Source: Owenia fusiformis
Lineage: Eukaryota
Assembly: GCA_903813345.2 (NCBI GenBank)
Contig: CAIIXF020000001.1
Coordinates: 41,168,001 to 41,232,000 of the forward strand
Direction of reading: 5' to 3'
Length of the DNA: 64,000 nucleotides
This document shows positions 39,801 through 54,132 of the stretch, piece after piece. The notes under the pieces were generated by a model. The model saw only the letters and a list, made by a program, of their open reading frames with translations, was not told the DNA's origin and made no database searches. Numbering within the stretch: position 1 is the stretch's first letter; every line of letters begins with the position of its first letter. The position numbers were made by a program, and so were the translations under genes.

Positions 39801-39977
39801 AATGGAAAATTGTTATATCTATATTTTTAAATTGGTTGATTTTACTGTCATTTGATTATCTCTAAATTAGACCTACTCCATGAACACAGTTAGCTTTGAT
39901 TTCTGTTTTCTTTCTGTAGAGTAGACGATCGTTTGATGACAAGTTACATGGCCATGCTCATGGATCAGCTTCCTTAG
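36805..39977 (+). CDS. NPF: Neuropeptide F / NPY-family precursor. Coding exons 36805-36980 and 39074-39156; last exon starts 39920 (stop 39924) or 39925 (stop 39977)
   Basis: Signal peptide MLKLFVTFTSLLLVICLMLQPTRA, then MPGPPRRPAVFESPVELKNYLKALNEYFAIVGRPR|F-GR-SVE-KR-SFDTFVRSNPSLSHLLDTD. Phase-2 intron in the last Arg codon (AG|GTAAG...TTTCAG|A), the conserved NPY/NPF intron position. 3' end ambiguous. Confidence 0.96.
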
Positions 39978-40836
39978 CAGTATATGAAAATCTCCAAAGA
40001 CAATTTACAAGTTCCACTGTGTGGATCCATGCGACAAGAGACTCTCGTATGAGATACCGTTGAATTGAATCCTTCAGATAGTACGCCATGATTTATGGTG
40101 CCATAATAGGGAACGTATTTTCCGTTTCACACATTTGTGACTGATGCAACAGACTCGACAAAATCTAACATTTTCCACCACTTGCGATATGAGACTTGTT
40201 ATTAGTTGAACTGTTGCTTGTTGGACAACACATAGCCATACCAATACAAATAGTCCCCACCGTGAAAATGATAATTCACCCGATGTACACACATACAACG
40301 CATGTGAAAGCCAAGTTTTTGGAATATCGGGTTATTCCTTTTCTTGCCAGGGTCGGGTATTCCTCGGATATTCCAGCTTAACTAATTATGTAACATTTTC
40401 TATCAAAATATTGTAGTTTCTGTAGTTGTATGAAAGCGATCAATTTTAAAATCTAGAAACAATAGAAATTGGTGTACAGATTCCATATGTGTGGTCAGAT
40501 TTCAATTAGGAACTCTGCTAATAGCATTATATTATCAACACGGTGCAATCGTGTTTCATGTAATATAAAACATATTATTGAATTGGAAATGTGTAGAAGA
40601 AATACTCTGGCAAGAAATGGCAAGGTGAATTTATCTGGTCACTTTCACATATGTGTTTTAATCAGTAAGGTTTTATGAACACAATATTAGTGATCTAATT
40701 CATCACAACCAATATTGCATATTCTAAAGACTTCTTGACGTATGACAACAATTATCTATTGCTTACGTTTATCGCATGCATAATTATTTTGTAATTTTGA
40801 ATCTGTTATTATGTACGTTTCTCTGTTTAACAAAAA

Positions 40837-40864
40837 AATAAAGGGGAGTATAGCGATGAATAAA
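40837..40864 (+). terminator. Candidate polyadenylation signals of the NPF transcript
   Basis: Two AATAAA (40837, 40859) followed by a TG/T-rich tract, ~0.9 kb after the stop. Confidence 0.45.
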
Positions 40865-42196
40865 ATATTGTGTTTAGCATTTCTTACATTGAAGGTGGAG
40901 TTCTACAAGGCTGTATTTTAGGACTGCTGTTGTTTATACTCTATTGATTATATTTTTCATTACATTATCAACCCATAGCATGGACAAGGGCTTATTTAAT
41001 ACCCGGGGCTTAATTGTGTACCAAACGAAACGAGAAACGAGACGACATCCGGGGCTTTGTTTGGTCTTCATTAGACAATAGTGTATAGAGGGGTATGTTT
41101 TCTCAGACCTAGGTACCTTTTTCTGTACCCTTTTGCGGTTATTTTACTCTATGGCATCGCAATCCGTTCACATCATTAGCTACATAAGTGATTAACTTAG
41201 ATATATGATATGTAAATATGGGTTAATACGAACAGAATAAACAGGGAAATGTACTTGAAGTGGCGATTTTGTTTTCTGTCAGTCCAGTCTTACTCCCCTT
41301 ACCCAACTCTATAGCGCAGTATAAGCCCTTAAAGGTGACCTGATTGTGCAAATGAGAAGACCCCGTTGGTTTCTCGTCAGCGCAATCAAAACGGACGCGG
41401 ACAATCTTCGTTTTAACTGTTGTTTCCGAACGGTTCGTGACCGTAATTCACTAAACTATAGAAAATATGTTACCTTATGAGGATATATTGTTTTTACTTA
41501 CCAATCATCAACATGTGCTGACATATTCAGCTCTGGACTTTATGTCCAAAGGAGGGTAAGACACATCATCAGAAAAAAGTTATCACACCCCTATCATGTC
41601 AAGTCGGTTTTACATAAAAAGCCCTCAATAGGCCGATCAATGATCATTAATTTGACATGTCTTCACTAGGCCTATACAGAATGATATATATTATACTTCT
41701 ATTCAAAAACATATTAGTTCTGTTAAAACCAAATGAATATAGTCTTGCAATCTAAATAGACCTGTCATATTTTGAGCAGTTTAAGATTGCAAGAAAATGA
41801 AGGCTGGGATAACATTTATGTATATTTGGCATAATATTTCAAGTTCTCGGATATAATGGAGGAAACAAGATTGGCGTTAACGTTTACTTGGTGTGGAAGA
41901 CAAATATCTACGATTACATAGCCACAATAATAATCGAATGGTGAAATAACAATGGCGAGAGGTGTCTGACCGGTTTTATATTGTACTACACGATAGTAAC
42001 AAACAGTTATATTATAATATATGAACTAATGAATGAAATCTAATATAAGTTCAAAGTGCAAAATCAAGGCTAGCCTACTCTACCGCAGTGTAAAGTCTAA
42101 ACTCTAAATATAATCATAATTTACGTATTGATACCATTATACATATTACTTTCACCAAAGGATAACAATTTTGAAAGTGTCACAAAGCAATAGAAA

Positions 42197-45100
42197 ATGG
42201 AAGTGTCAGAGATACTACTGACAATCTTGGAAAGTGTTGTTTTCATAGTTAAGTCTCTCTACTTTGTATTGGAAGCAATTGTACTGAAGTTTGTGCCAGT
42301 TTCCTACAGGGCTAAGGATGTATCTGGAGAGACTGTATTGGTAACAGGAGCAGGTAATTATCAAAATCGGAAAAAGCTAGCACTAGACGAGTAGTTCTAC
42401 CATACGTGTTGTCTTCAGAATAAGATTACGCAATCTTACATCATGAAGTATATTTGAGGAAAGTTTGAACATCCTAGCTATTTACTAATAAAGATATTAC
42501 AAGTGGGGGGGGGTTGACCCCCTTGTGTATTCGTGTGACTTTTTGGACCTTACGGCTTCTAGGGTTAAAGGCCAGGTGAGAATTGTTTCTTATGCTCTAC
42601 AAGCTTAGACCCGTCATTTAGTGGAGCTTCTCTTTTTTTCATATGTATGCATTATTAGATGCCTGGATGTTTGCCACCGATGCCTGACATACTTCTGTTT
42701 TTCTTTCCTTTTTTGAGATAACATTGATCAATAACGAATTGATATTTATGAAAATATGGCCCGACACAATACAAGTTTTGACTGCTTTTGAGAAAAATAC
42801 ATTTAACATTATCTAAAAGTTGCTATATTCTAAAAATTGAAAAATTGACTAAAAAAACTTGAAAGGCATTGATACAGGCATTTAAAATTGTCAAGACGAA
42901 TGATATTGGGTTGTGAACTAAGTTAACTAACGAATTTGTTTCCTATTTTACACACACAAATTATCTGGAGAGGCTACGCTTGAATTGAATTATGATTCTT
43001 AGAAATGAACTCCGAAAGCTGGCTTTGATAATGCCCATCGGAATCCAAAAGCCAAATATAAGATCGATGGAGAATTTCCCGGGGATATTTTATACTAAGT
43101 TCATCTTGTGTTTCAGAAATGCACACGTTTGTCATCAAAGCACATTGCTGATCGAAACGCTATTGCCTAGCCATGTCATTTTATTTTTTAACCGTTAGGC
43201 AGCGGGCTGGGCAGGTTGATGTCCATACGATTTGCCAAGCTGGGATGTAGATTAGTTTTGTGGGACATTAACAAGGCAGGCTTGGATGAGACCGCCAATG
43301 CAGTGAAGCAACATGGAGCCATCTCGTATACTTATGTTTGTGACCTCAGTAGCCGAGATGATATATACACGGCAGCTGACAAGGTTTGCATATTTGCTCG
43401 ATTCCTGCCAAACAATATGTGTCACCCTGTATCAATGTTAGTTTGTCATTGTATCAGTTATGCCAACTTTATGTGTCACCCTGTATGATTTTATGTGACA
43501 TATGCATCAGTCATGCTAACGATGTATGTCACTGTGTCACCCTGTGTATATGTCACCCCGAACGCATCAAATCAAAGTAAATATTATTTGCAAGGTTATA
43601 CCCTGTTTCAATTCATGGCTAATGTAAGTCTGTTCGGCATCCTGTATGAGACCATAATGTTATTGTGCCAGATGACAAACATTGTCATCTTCGACTTCCA
43701 AGGTGTTTTAATAGGACAAAGTCGTGGCTAAGGTTTTTCGGTCACCCTGTATTAGTGTCTGGTGAAAGTTGTGTCACTATAAAATCTATCACAATGCCCG
43801 ATTCGGTTTCTTAGCTTAGTTCACGAGATATTGACATTTTTATTTTAAATATTTTAATATGAATCTACTCGCATTCTCCATTTGCAGGTCAAGCAGGAAG
43901 TGGGGAGTGTGGATATCCTCGTCAATAATGCTGGTATTGTAACTGGCAAAAAGTTCTTGGACTGCCCAGATAGCCTTATCCAGAAAACAATGGAAGTCAA
44001 CACATCAGCACATTTTTGGGTGAGAAGGACCATCATTAGCACTGTCCTGTATGAATGGCTTCCCAAGTTTCTTTTCTGTTTTCCAACATTCGCGATGGGC
44101 AAGGGGGTTCGACATTTTTGGTACAAAAATCGATTTAAATTTGGAGTCTATTATTGCTTTTACCTGTATTCTTCTTTTTATTCTTCTTATCTGAACACGT
44201 TTTCTCAGTAACTAGAAGAGTTTGGGTAAATCTGATTATATCATCAGTTAGGGTATGTGACTGACCTACTCGGATATTAGGTCTGAGTTTATCTAGGTCA
44301 AAGATAAAATCTAGGTCGTTTTTCAAATAAAAAGTCTAAAAGCTGGAGTCTTGAATCATTTCACCAATCTAGTTTTCATTTTCTTTACAAATCATCAAAG
44401 AAATCGTCACTCTTACCTAGGTTTTTGTCTAATCTGAACTATTCACTGAACTCTTGAAAGTTTCTATGTATTTTAACCTTTCTTCAGGTTGTATAAACTT
44501 TACAATGATACGTTTAATTTCAACATTTCTTTGACGATATCTAACTGGCAGAGACTAGGGGCATTAAGGTGAAATGGAGGCTGACCAATCGCTCTGGATG
44601 AAGCTTGGAGACTTAGTCCACTGTCTAAAAATAATATTCAGATATAACCCATGTCTCTTGCAGACCTGCAAAGCATTCCTTCCTGCCATGCTGGACAAGA
44701 ACCATGGACACATTGTCAATGTAGCAAGTTCAGCTGGGTTAGTAGGGGTAAATGGTAAGTTCACAACGTGACATGCGTGAATCGTGAATCTCCAAATGTT
44801 TTTGGATACCTAAGTATTCCGACTCTAGTAAAGGTCTTGCTGAAGAATTCAGGCGTAGCCAGGAGGGGGTGTGATGGTGCGACCGCACCCCGCCCCCCCC
44901 CCCATAACCAATGCAAATATGACCATAATGATAGAGGAAGAAAAGAGCCTTCAAATGCTTTTTATTTGAAGCTTCTAGCTCAATTTTGAAGGAAGTTATA
45001 CATTTTTGTAAATTCAAAACAAATCTAACACGTTTTCTAATGATCTAATTATGTATATACAGTATATTCGTATTTTTGGGGTACCCGGTTTTTTCGACCG

Positions 45101-48100
45101 GGTACTGGGTACCAAATTTGAACCCAGCATGGAGGATTTACTACCCGGTACCCGGTTTTTTCTACAAACCTCTCATGTCAATGATGCACAGCCCCATGTA
45201 AGTCAATACTTACTCGAGTCTCTAGCTTACAGCTAGACGAAACTTCATTGATTTCGTATGTACTGTGCTACACGCACCTACACGCACCTAGAACTCATTT
45301 TTAATAAATTTTATAAATATTTTTAAGAATATTAATCATATTTAGGATGAAGCGTTGCTTGTCTGGATTTAGATATTTCAAAATTTCATTTCGGAGTTTC
45401 AACACATGGTGAAATTTTCTCGCTGTAGCTAAAAATGGCTTCCGGTTCTGGACGTGAATAACATTTGAAATTATTCTCGCTTAAAGAAATCAAATATAAC
45501 AATAGATTCAGACGGGGATGTGAGCTGGTGTTCTTCAAATCTATACATAAAGGTATATTTCATATTATTATGCCATATTTACTGTGCGTGTGACACAATG
45601 ATTTACAATATTTATAATACTAACGCAGCTCAATCTTCCTCCTCAAAGCCGGAATATAGAGAAGGCTTTGGACCGAAGTAAGTCAATACAACCTTACTGA
45701 ACTAAATGACCCCTATCTCAGCTTATGTGTACCCGAGCACTTTAATATTTTCCAAAGAATTATATTAGACATTATATTCTTCATGTTACACCTAAGAATG
45801 ATTTATTTTGACCATGATGGGGGTATATACCAATTATCGCACCTCTTCCTTTGATTTCTTTTGTTATTACTATTCAACTATTGAATGAGTGAATAGGATG
45901 TAATTTCTTCAGCGTTAGTGCCACACTAGTTTTGGATCGTAGCTTACCAAGTGTGAATTCTTTAAAAACAATAGAAAAAGAATGCATACTTCTTTGTTAC
46001 AACTGTACATTCTTTAGAATTCTATTGTTTTGCTCCCTAAGTGAAGTTTAGTGAGTAGTATTAGTAAAATTACAATCAAATGAAACAGTTACTTATCAAT
46101 TTAGTTTTCTCGAAGAAAGTACTTTTAGCTTAAACGATGGAGGTACTGAATAGACATATATTGTTGAATTATAACTGGGGTTTTTGATTTTATTTTCAGG
46201 TCTTGCTGATTATTGCGCCAGTAAGTTTGCTGCTGTTGGGTTTGACGAGTCGTTACGTTATGAGTTCATTGCTCAGGGAAAGACAGGGGTTCATACCACG
46301 GTTGTTTGCCCGTATTACATCAACACCGGCATGTTCACCGGTGTTAAGACAAAGTGAGTTGTAAATTACAGGGATTTGTAAATCTAATTTATCCATATGG
46401 AAGTCCATAATAACCACTTTACTCCCCTATCACACCAAACTCGTTCTTACCCGTTCTTGCCAGTCCTACGAAAACGTCGTAAAACGGGCTCAATCTGGCT
46501 GTGGTCGGGAAATATGTCTGAAATAATTAGCTTCTTCGTTCTTAAACAGTCTTCAATACGTCCATCTCGTTCGCAGTTCGTTCAGGTCGCACCACGTCGG
46601 TGTGCAACGCCGTAGAACGCGTCCCTTAGTCTAGAAGGTCATCATGACCTGATAACAGAACGGTATGGTCGCAATCGAATTTTGAATCGATTAAAAATTC
46701 TAAAATCACACTCCCGTCTGAGAACGTTCATAAAGTTCGTAAATAGACCTTAGAAAGTTACAGGTACGTTCATTCCGTTCGCACACAGTTTAAAACCAGT
46801 TTTGAAGAACGCAGTGGCAACTTGTTTGGTGTGATAGCTATATTTTTGCTAACTCGTTCATAAGCAGTGTTAAATACGTTCTTAATCAGTTTAAACCCGT
46901 TTGCAATGAGTTCTACCTCGTTCTCAACACGTCCTCGGACACTTCAACTCGTTGTTAAAACGTCCCTAGTAGGATTGAAGTACGACGGTTCCGTTCGTAT
47001 TACGTCCAGCTCGTCGTTAGTACGTTGTCACTCGTTCTAATTGTAGAACGTGACGACCACGAGAACATTTTGAGCATTGTCTAAGTTCTAGAGGACCTAC
47101 CCGTTCGAGTACGTTCGATGAAGTTTGTAAATAGACCCCAACCGGTTCTTAGTACGTCCAGTCCGTTCGTACACAGTTGAAGCCCGTTTTCGAGAACGTA
47201 GTGAGAACTAGTTTGGTGTGATAGTAGGGTTAAACAAGTCCATCGTCCCTCGAACTTGGTGTGAAACACGATGTCAATCTCCATTTCTGTAAATGTAAAA
47301 AGATCATCATTACGGATATTAATTAGAAATGTGATACTCTGATACCAGACTATCTTTCATTCCCATCCCCTGTATAATCACTGAATAGTAATACCTCCCA
47401 GTAACAGTGTAAGTGGTAATGTCCTCGAAACAAAGGTACGTGCCATTACTTCCACCTGGGCCAAGGTGTAAGACGATAATGATTTGTTTTCATTTGTTAT
47501 TTGTAATTTAAGAATCATCATAATAATCATCATCATAATTTCGGCAACGTAAACTCCTGCATTGGGCAACGTGTTTGCATTTTTATCTACATAATTTGTA
47601 GCTAGACAATGATTACTCCAAGGTGTTATTCTTTCTACATTCACAACAGGCCGAAATTGAAGACTTTGATTAACTTTTGAAATACTTGAAGACAAGTGAT
47701 ATATAGTAGTTGGAATATAAGATTTGCTTAAACAACAGGGACAGGTGTAAAAGGGGGTTCTATCAAATTATGGTCCTACTCTCCATTGATTTATATGGTG
47801 ACCTCTTTAGCTCTCTTTCCCTTATTTTCTTATACACAGTCAGGGCCAGTAAGAGCCGTTAAGAAGGGGGACCATAATCCCTGGGAGACCATAATTTCTT
47901 TCACACCTGAACAGATAGAATTGTCCAGTGATTTGCACTTACTTAGAGATGCTAATTTTTTTTTTATTTTTTATACATTATCAATTTATTTCATCATAAT
48001 CATGTTTTACAAGAATGGCTTGCCAATCGCTTATAAAGCATTATAGGCTAAGCTAGAAAATACATAAATTTAATTACAAATGTAAATGCATGTAGTATGG

Positions 48101-49595
48101 AAGAATAGCAGCAATTTGGATAAGAAATGGGAAATAGGACAGGCTGGATGCTAATTGGGCAACTACTGATGAATATACCTGTATCTTTATGATAGTGAAT
48201 AAATAACATGAAAAAAGTAAGTTAAACGACGTAAAGCTCCAAATTACATTCTTCACAAATCTATTTGTTTTGCAGATTCCCCAGGATTCTTCCGATTGTT
48301 GAACCAGAAGATGCGGTGGACAGAATCATGAACGCAGTACTGGTGAACCAACATATTGTCATGATCCCAGGCATACTTTATCTATTCATGGCATTAAAGG
48401 GGTGAGTTTAATCAGTTAAGATAAATCCGGATGAAAATTGAATTGTGTTACATCTTTAATACGTACATGAATGTGCAATATTATGATCCCCAGGGATTGT
48501 TACCCTCTTCTCAAGAGACTAGATACAGGTAGAAAATCTTGATTTGCGTCATAAAAATTGAAAATTCAGTCAAAGTGATAACATATTTGAAATCTACATG
48601 TAGAAATACATCTAAAGATGTGTTACAATACGAGGGTTGTCCCAGAAGTAATGCACTTTATGCTCAAACTTTATCTAAAAAGTGTTTATCAATTTTAAAA
48701 ATTTAATTTTCTTTGAAATGTGACTATTAGATCGAGGAGATTCCCCATATAAAATTACAAAATGTGAAAATCAATTAAGGTGAATCCGCATTAAAAGATG
48801 AATAATGTGATACCATTGTGAATGTGTAATATTATAAACCCAAGGATTGGTTTTCCAGGGACCAAATTACAACTTTTTTCTTTATACCCTTATGCACACT
48901 AGGAAGGTTCATGCTCTGAACTGGTGAACTAATCCCAGGCAATGTTCACACATGTTAACATACACGTGTCTACAAAACGTGAGCCTTTACCTTCCCACTA
49001 TAAGACATCTGGACATGCTTTATTGTATAATTCATGTGGAATGTTTCCAACTTTGTCTCCATACTATGACACTTATTACATAATGTTTCATGAAATTATT
49101 GATGCTATGTTTAAAATAGAATTTTCTTGGCAAATCATTGAGATGTCCACTAATATAGGTAATCAGGGTTCATACCACATTTAATAATAGTACCCAGACA
49201 CCGTGGTCTAATCCAATAAACAAATCGCACCAGTCTCCATTGGCATTGACAAAAATAGAGAAATAAATATTAAAACTAACTGATAATTGATAAAAACTTG
49301 ATCCAAACAAAGAACAGAGAATGTCAGTCTCTGAGAAGTCCTCATAAGCAAATATATAATCATCAATATTTGGAGAAAACTCGAGGAATTACAAGGGAGA
49401 TGGTTACGATGCCATGAAATACATTTACGTTTTATCTAGAGGTTGACTACCAAGTTTCTAATGGAATTATACAAGAGAGTCACTGTACTGTTGTTTTTCA
49501 GGCTAATTCCAACTAAAGCGGGTCTTTTGTTTGCTGAGCATTTTGGCATCAACAACTGTATGGATGACTTCACTGGAAGACAAAAGCAGGAGTGA
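42197..49595 (+). CDS. SDR16C-family short-chain dehydrogenase (epidermal retinol dehydrogenase 2 / SDR16C5 / RDH10-like), 312 aa. Exons 42197-42353, 43199-43383, 43888-44019, 44664-44754, 46200-46353, 48276-48401, 49502-49595
   Basis: All introns GT-AG with compatible phases, total 939 nt. Hydrophobic N-terminal anchor, [25 protein letters not shown], catalytic [17 protein letters not shown]-terminal MDDFTGR. Confidence 0.96.
46422..47229 (-). mobile_element. Full-length Harbinger-type MITE in SDR intron 5
   Basis: TTA|CTCCCCTATCACACCAAAC...GTTTGGTGTGATAGTAGGG|TTA; reverse complement of the 12315 copy. Confidence 0.92.
47742..47909 (+). mobile_element. Solo copy of the ~170-bp MITE
   Basis: CAGGTGTAAAAG...CTTTCACACCTG, co-linear with 28322-28492. 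Confidence 0.85.
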
Positions 49596-50979
49596 TACCA
49601 AAGATTACAACAAGACAATAACCATTTTAATGATAACTAACCCTGTGCCACAACGCTCCCTATGACTAATCATTAAAATGATGACATAATTATGTGAATG
49701 CATAATGGCAAACACTGATATCATTGACCAATGACAACTTAACCCATTGAACAACCATATTTTACAAAAATACATGGCTGCTCATTAGCCAAATTGTCAT
49801 TTGTATGTTAAGTAGGCCATTATAAAACTTCAACAAAATCGCTCGACTACTTTTGGAGTAAAAACCAAAAATTACATATGTAAAATGGCAGCCATTTTTA
49901 AAAATGGCCACCCACTAGTCCAATTGTCATAAGACAGTGTGCCATACTGTATTCACATCTCAAATATGAACAAAATCGCTCCATTATTTTTCAGGTTACA
50001 GCAATCATAAAATAGTGTTTTATGGTCACAATTTTTCAGGCCACCATGATTTTTCTTAATACTTAGATTTTCAACTTAATCAGTAACCTATATGATTTTT
50101 TGCATTGAAACCATATTATTATTGCAGATTTTTATGTTGTACCTAAAATACTGTTGACACTAAAATGGTGGCCATTTTGAAACCAGTGGCCATTTTGTTC
50201 GATAGGATTATAACTCGACAAAGCTCAAACACTACACGAAGTATACAAGTGGCGCTTCATTTGAGGAGCTTTAGATGCTGTAATGCTAGATTGAAAATTT
50301 CAAACTTGGGCCAAAAAATAAAAACAAATTAAGTAACATTTGCTATGTCAGTACTAATATAGTGTCAACACTTATCACTTAAGAAAAATCACAAAATATA
50401 ATGTTATGAAATAATATGATAACACGTTGCAGAACATGTGCAACTGATGGTGGGATTCAGAATGGCATAACAAAATATACATACCCCTTGTATTTGTCAA
50501 CTCTAGTTCCCCTGCCCTTGGGCCAATAATTATGCATGTTTGGGTTTTGCCATTTTCAAAATTTACCTTTTCCATATATATCTGACCTATTGTAATGGAG
50601 TAACAGATCGAAAAATATAAAACTTGAAGACTTTAAAAATTATCACATACTGTAGTTTACAGATTTTTGTGTTATATAAAAGCGGGCTATTCAAAAAATA
50701 CATTTCTGCAAAATTATTATTTGGATATATTATTAAACATGGGATTACATAAAGATGTTGGACAGATGCATACACCAGGGAAACATACGATGTGGTAAAT
50801 TTAGAACTGAAACTTTGAAGATGAGGCTATATTTATGAAGCAAAGTCAAACAAATGCGAAGGATAAAACTTTGAAGACAATGCCTATGATAAGAAATACC
50901 ACCATAATGATCGTTCCTACTATCAGATCTAATATCAAAACATTAATTCCTCAACCAGACACTGTAGACAAGATTTTAA

Positions 50980-51812
50980 AGGCCCCATGTAAAGTTTAAA
51001 CCACTTTGGCTTATATTGTAGTCTTACCCAATGTTATCAAAGTGTGATATGTGAAACTTTTTTTTTAAATTTCAAAAAGTGGTTTTTGATAGACTTTTTG
51101 TTCCAAAATTTGTGAATTTATTTAAAACCAACTTTTAGAGGTCACTCATATCTTCTAATTAGCCACAATTCATATCAATGCATAGCATTCATCCTCCCAT
51201 GTTTTTTGCCGAAAAAATTAAGAAAATCGGTTGATAAACAAGCAAAAATTGAACTTATCGGTGCATGAAAATGGTTCTGAGAAAAATGCATTTCAAAATT
51301 TTAGTTCTCATAGAAACCAATGGTACAAAGATATTTAAAACATAATTTATTCTTCCTTTTTACCTGGTTAGACAATCAACATTGGTTTTTTATGAAAGTC
51401 TAACATATTTAGAAAAGATTGACATCGAAAAAGAAATTTGAATTTTTTTCAAAAAGTTTTTGGTACCTTAGTGACATCACTAATGTTTCAAAATATTTTT
51501 GATATGTTAAAACATTGAAGTGGCCCATTAAATATGGCATTTTATTATTGAAATAGTGTGTCCTTTGTTCAACCTTTGCATTGGTGTTAAAAAGATAATC
51601 TTTTTTGAAATCCATTAAGAAATATTTGATGATTAAGAAATTTCAACTTTTTTTGAAAAATGGCGGGAAATTTGAATATTTGAGAAATGAAATGCTCACA
51701 ACTTTTTTTTCAAAATTTTTTTTTTGTTCAAAAATCTCTAAAATCACTTTTTAAGTCCTGACAAATAGTAAATGAATGAAAAAAAAATATTTTCAAACTT
51801 TAGACGGGGACT
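50980..51812. mobile_element. Kolobok-type non-autonomous element
   Basis: TTAA|AGGCCCCATGTAAAGTTT...AAACTTTAGACGGGGACT|TTAA. Confidence 0.8.
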
Positions 51813-52162
51813 TTAAGAGGAACAATTCAAAATGGCCACCAAATCCAGAATGCCCTAAAAGTAATCAGATCTAGCTTTTTATACCTAGCAACATATTTGG
51901 TGAAAACCTCTCGGACTTTTTAACACTTAACTATGAATCATCAGCTAGTGAATGATAGAACTGTGAATATATTATTAATGCCTTGGATAAACAATCTCAT
52001 TTAGTCAGTATTACTGCTTTTTGCGTTCTCAAAACACTTAAACGCAGAAACCTCATCTTTTTTTATATTTGATTTCACACAAAAAATACCTTTGCTGCCT
52101 GAAACATGGAGAGAAATAAAATCTACCCATGTTGTTCATGTTGTTTTGCCATGGCAAGTATA

Positions 52163-53157
52163 CAGTGCGTATCAAAAAAAAACGCAACAGATTGTTGTCT
52201 TGAAAAAGCACAAAACCAGTGATAACAGCATTGATTTCATTCAATGCACCATAAAGCCATGTGTCTCCTCTTTACAATGATATATCATTCATTGATATTT
52301 GTCCATTGTTGGGCGAGTAATCATTCCATTTGCAAAGTGCGCCAAAATTAGCTTCGGGCCAAGTTATAAACATTGCAAAAGTCAGTGTGCGGAGCCCGAT
52401 GCAATATTGGATGAAACATAAAACCAATGCTGACTGCATCCTTTTAATTCAATGTACCAAAAAGCCAAATTACACCTCTTTGCAATGGAAGATCATTCAT
52501 TCACAGGGAGTCATCTCTGGCCGAATAATCATTAATTTTGCAAAGTGGGTCAAAATTCAGCTCGGACCCAAATTTAAAACATTGCAAAAGTCAGTACAAG
52601 GGGCATAGGGGCTATTGGAAGAAGGTGTGGCAGGTATGGCATAGACAGTTAAATGTTCATACTCATACTCTTGCAAGAATACATCCTATACCCCTCCAAA
52701 TTGCCGTGCCACTTCCTTGCACATAAAGATGCGCTCATCTGTCCACGTCATGCATGGTTCAGCCCTGAATCATGTGTGGGTTAAAGCAAAGAAAAGCAGC
52801 CCATGGGCAAATCTTTCTCGAGGTTTTGCAATATCTGGTGTAGGAATTATGAGCACAGATGCTCCCGAGATAGCTCCAAACGAAAAAGTCACAACAATTC
52901 AAGTCAGGGGAACTTCCATTGGCACTTAGCCCTTGCGCTGATTTTTTCAATATCTAAAACTTGGTGCACAGCCGATTTTGACCCACTGTGCAAATGGAAG
53001 GATTTCTCACCCAATCATTACCTCATGTGAATGAATGACACATCATTGCAAAGAGGAGAGACATTGCTTTATGGTACATTAAATGAAATTGATGTAGTCG
53101 TCACTATTTTTGTGATTTTACGAGATAACTACTTGTTGCATTTTTTTATACGCCCTG
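52163..53157. mobile_element. Tc1/mariner-type MITE
   Basis: TA|CAGTGCGTATCAAAAAAA...TTTTTTTATACGCCCTG|TA; long imperfect TIRs plus an internal diverged duplicate of the left arm. Confidence 0.8.
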
Positions 53158-54132
53158 TATTTTGTTTTCACTCCATATATGGATCTTACAGACCTAAAAG
53201 TACATCAAAATGCCAATCAATGTTTCTGCAAATGACATATCTTCTAGTAAAAAGAAAGCCAAAAGATATTAACCAGAGGCAAAAGTGTAAGTACCAAAAA
53301 ATAGGGGCAAATCCATGATGAACCTATCCACATAACTACCTCCTACTTTGTATATTGGGGCACAAATGACTTTCGATAATTACTTTGATTCATTGAGGAC
53401 ACAAAAAATCAAAGCAAGTATTCAATTGTTCTGGTGCATTTAAGGTGACCTAAACCTGAGGCGAGAATGATACATACATTTCAGAAATTACACTTTCTTA
53501 ATAAACTTCCCGATAAGTAGCACCAACGTGGGGCCGCATGGTGAGTTCATATATTGTAAAAAATGTGATATTCTAATGATAAAAAATTGACTTCTCTTAA
53601 ACAAGGCAAATGTGTAAATTACCAGAATGGCTCCATCAAATGGATATGAGTATAATTCAGAAGACAAACAGACAAGTGGACAGACAAGTGACCAATTCCA
53701 TAGGCTAACCATGTGAGCTAAAAAGGTGTTAAGACTATTTTGCATCGTAAAAAGAATTCTATAAACATATTCTACATTCTTTGAGATGAAGCAAATGTCA
53801 TTTATGTGATCTGGCATGTGAGATGGAAATATCACCCACATTATAAATATCTTGGCATTAAAATACAAATGGGATCTATTTTAAGTGGCATCAAATGGGC
53901 TCACCAAGACCAAACCATACTTAGTACAAAACCAATAACTTGCATATCATCAAGGTTTGTATTGCATTGCATATGTTAATAAAACACTAACTACATAATA
54001 TACATGTCAACTACAGATTAAAAACTTGTTTACAAAATGGGTGTACAAAATCATCTCAATATTCACACAGAGTACAGTAGGCATATGTTAGTTATTAAAT
54101 TGTGAATGGAAGGAAACAATTCTCAAAATCAG

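Noticed and set aside
53488..53868. 126-aa minus-strand ORF
   Set aside because: No motif, non-ATG start, composition typical of AT-rich non-coding DNA.
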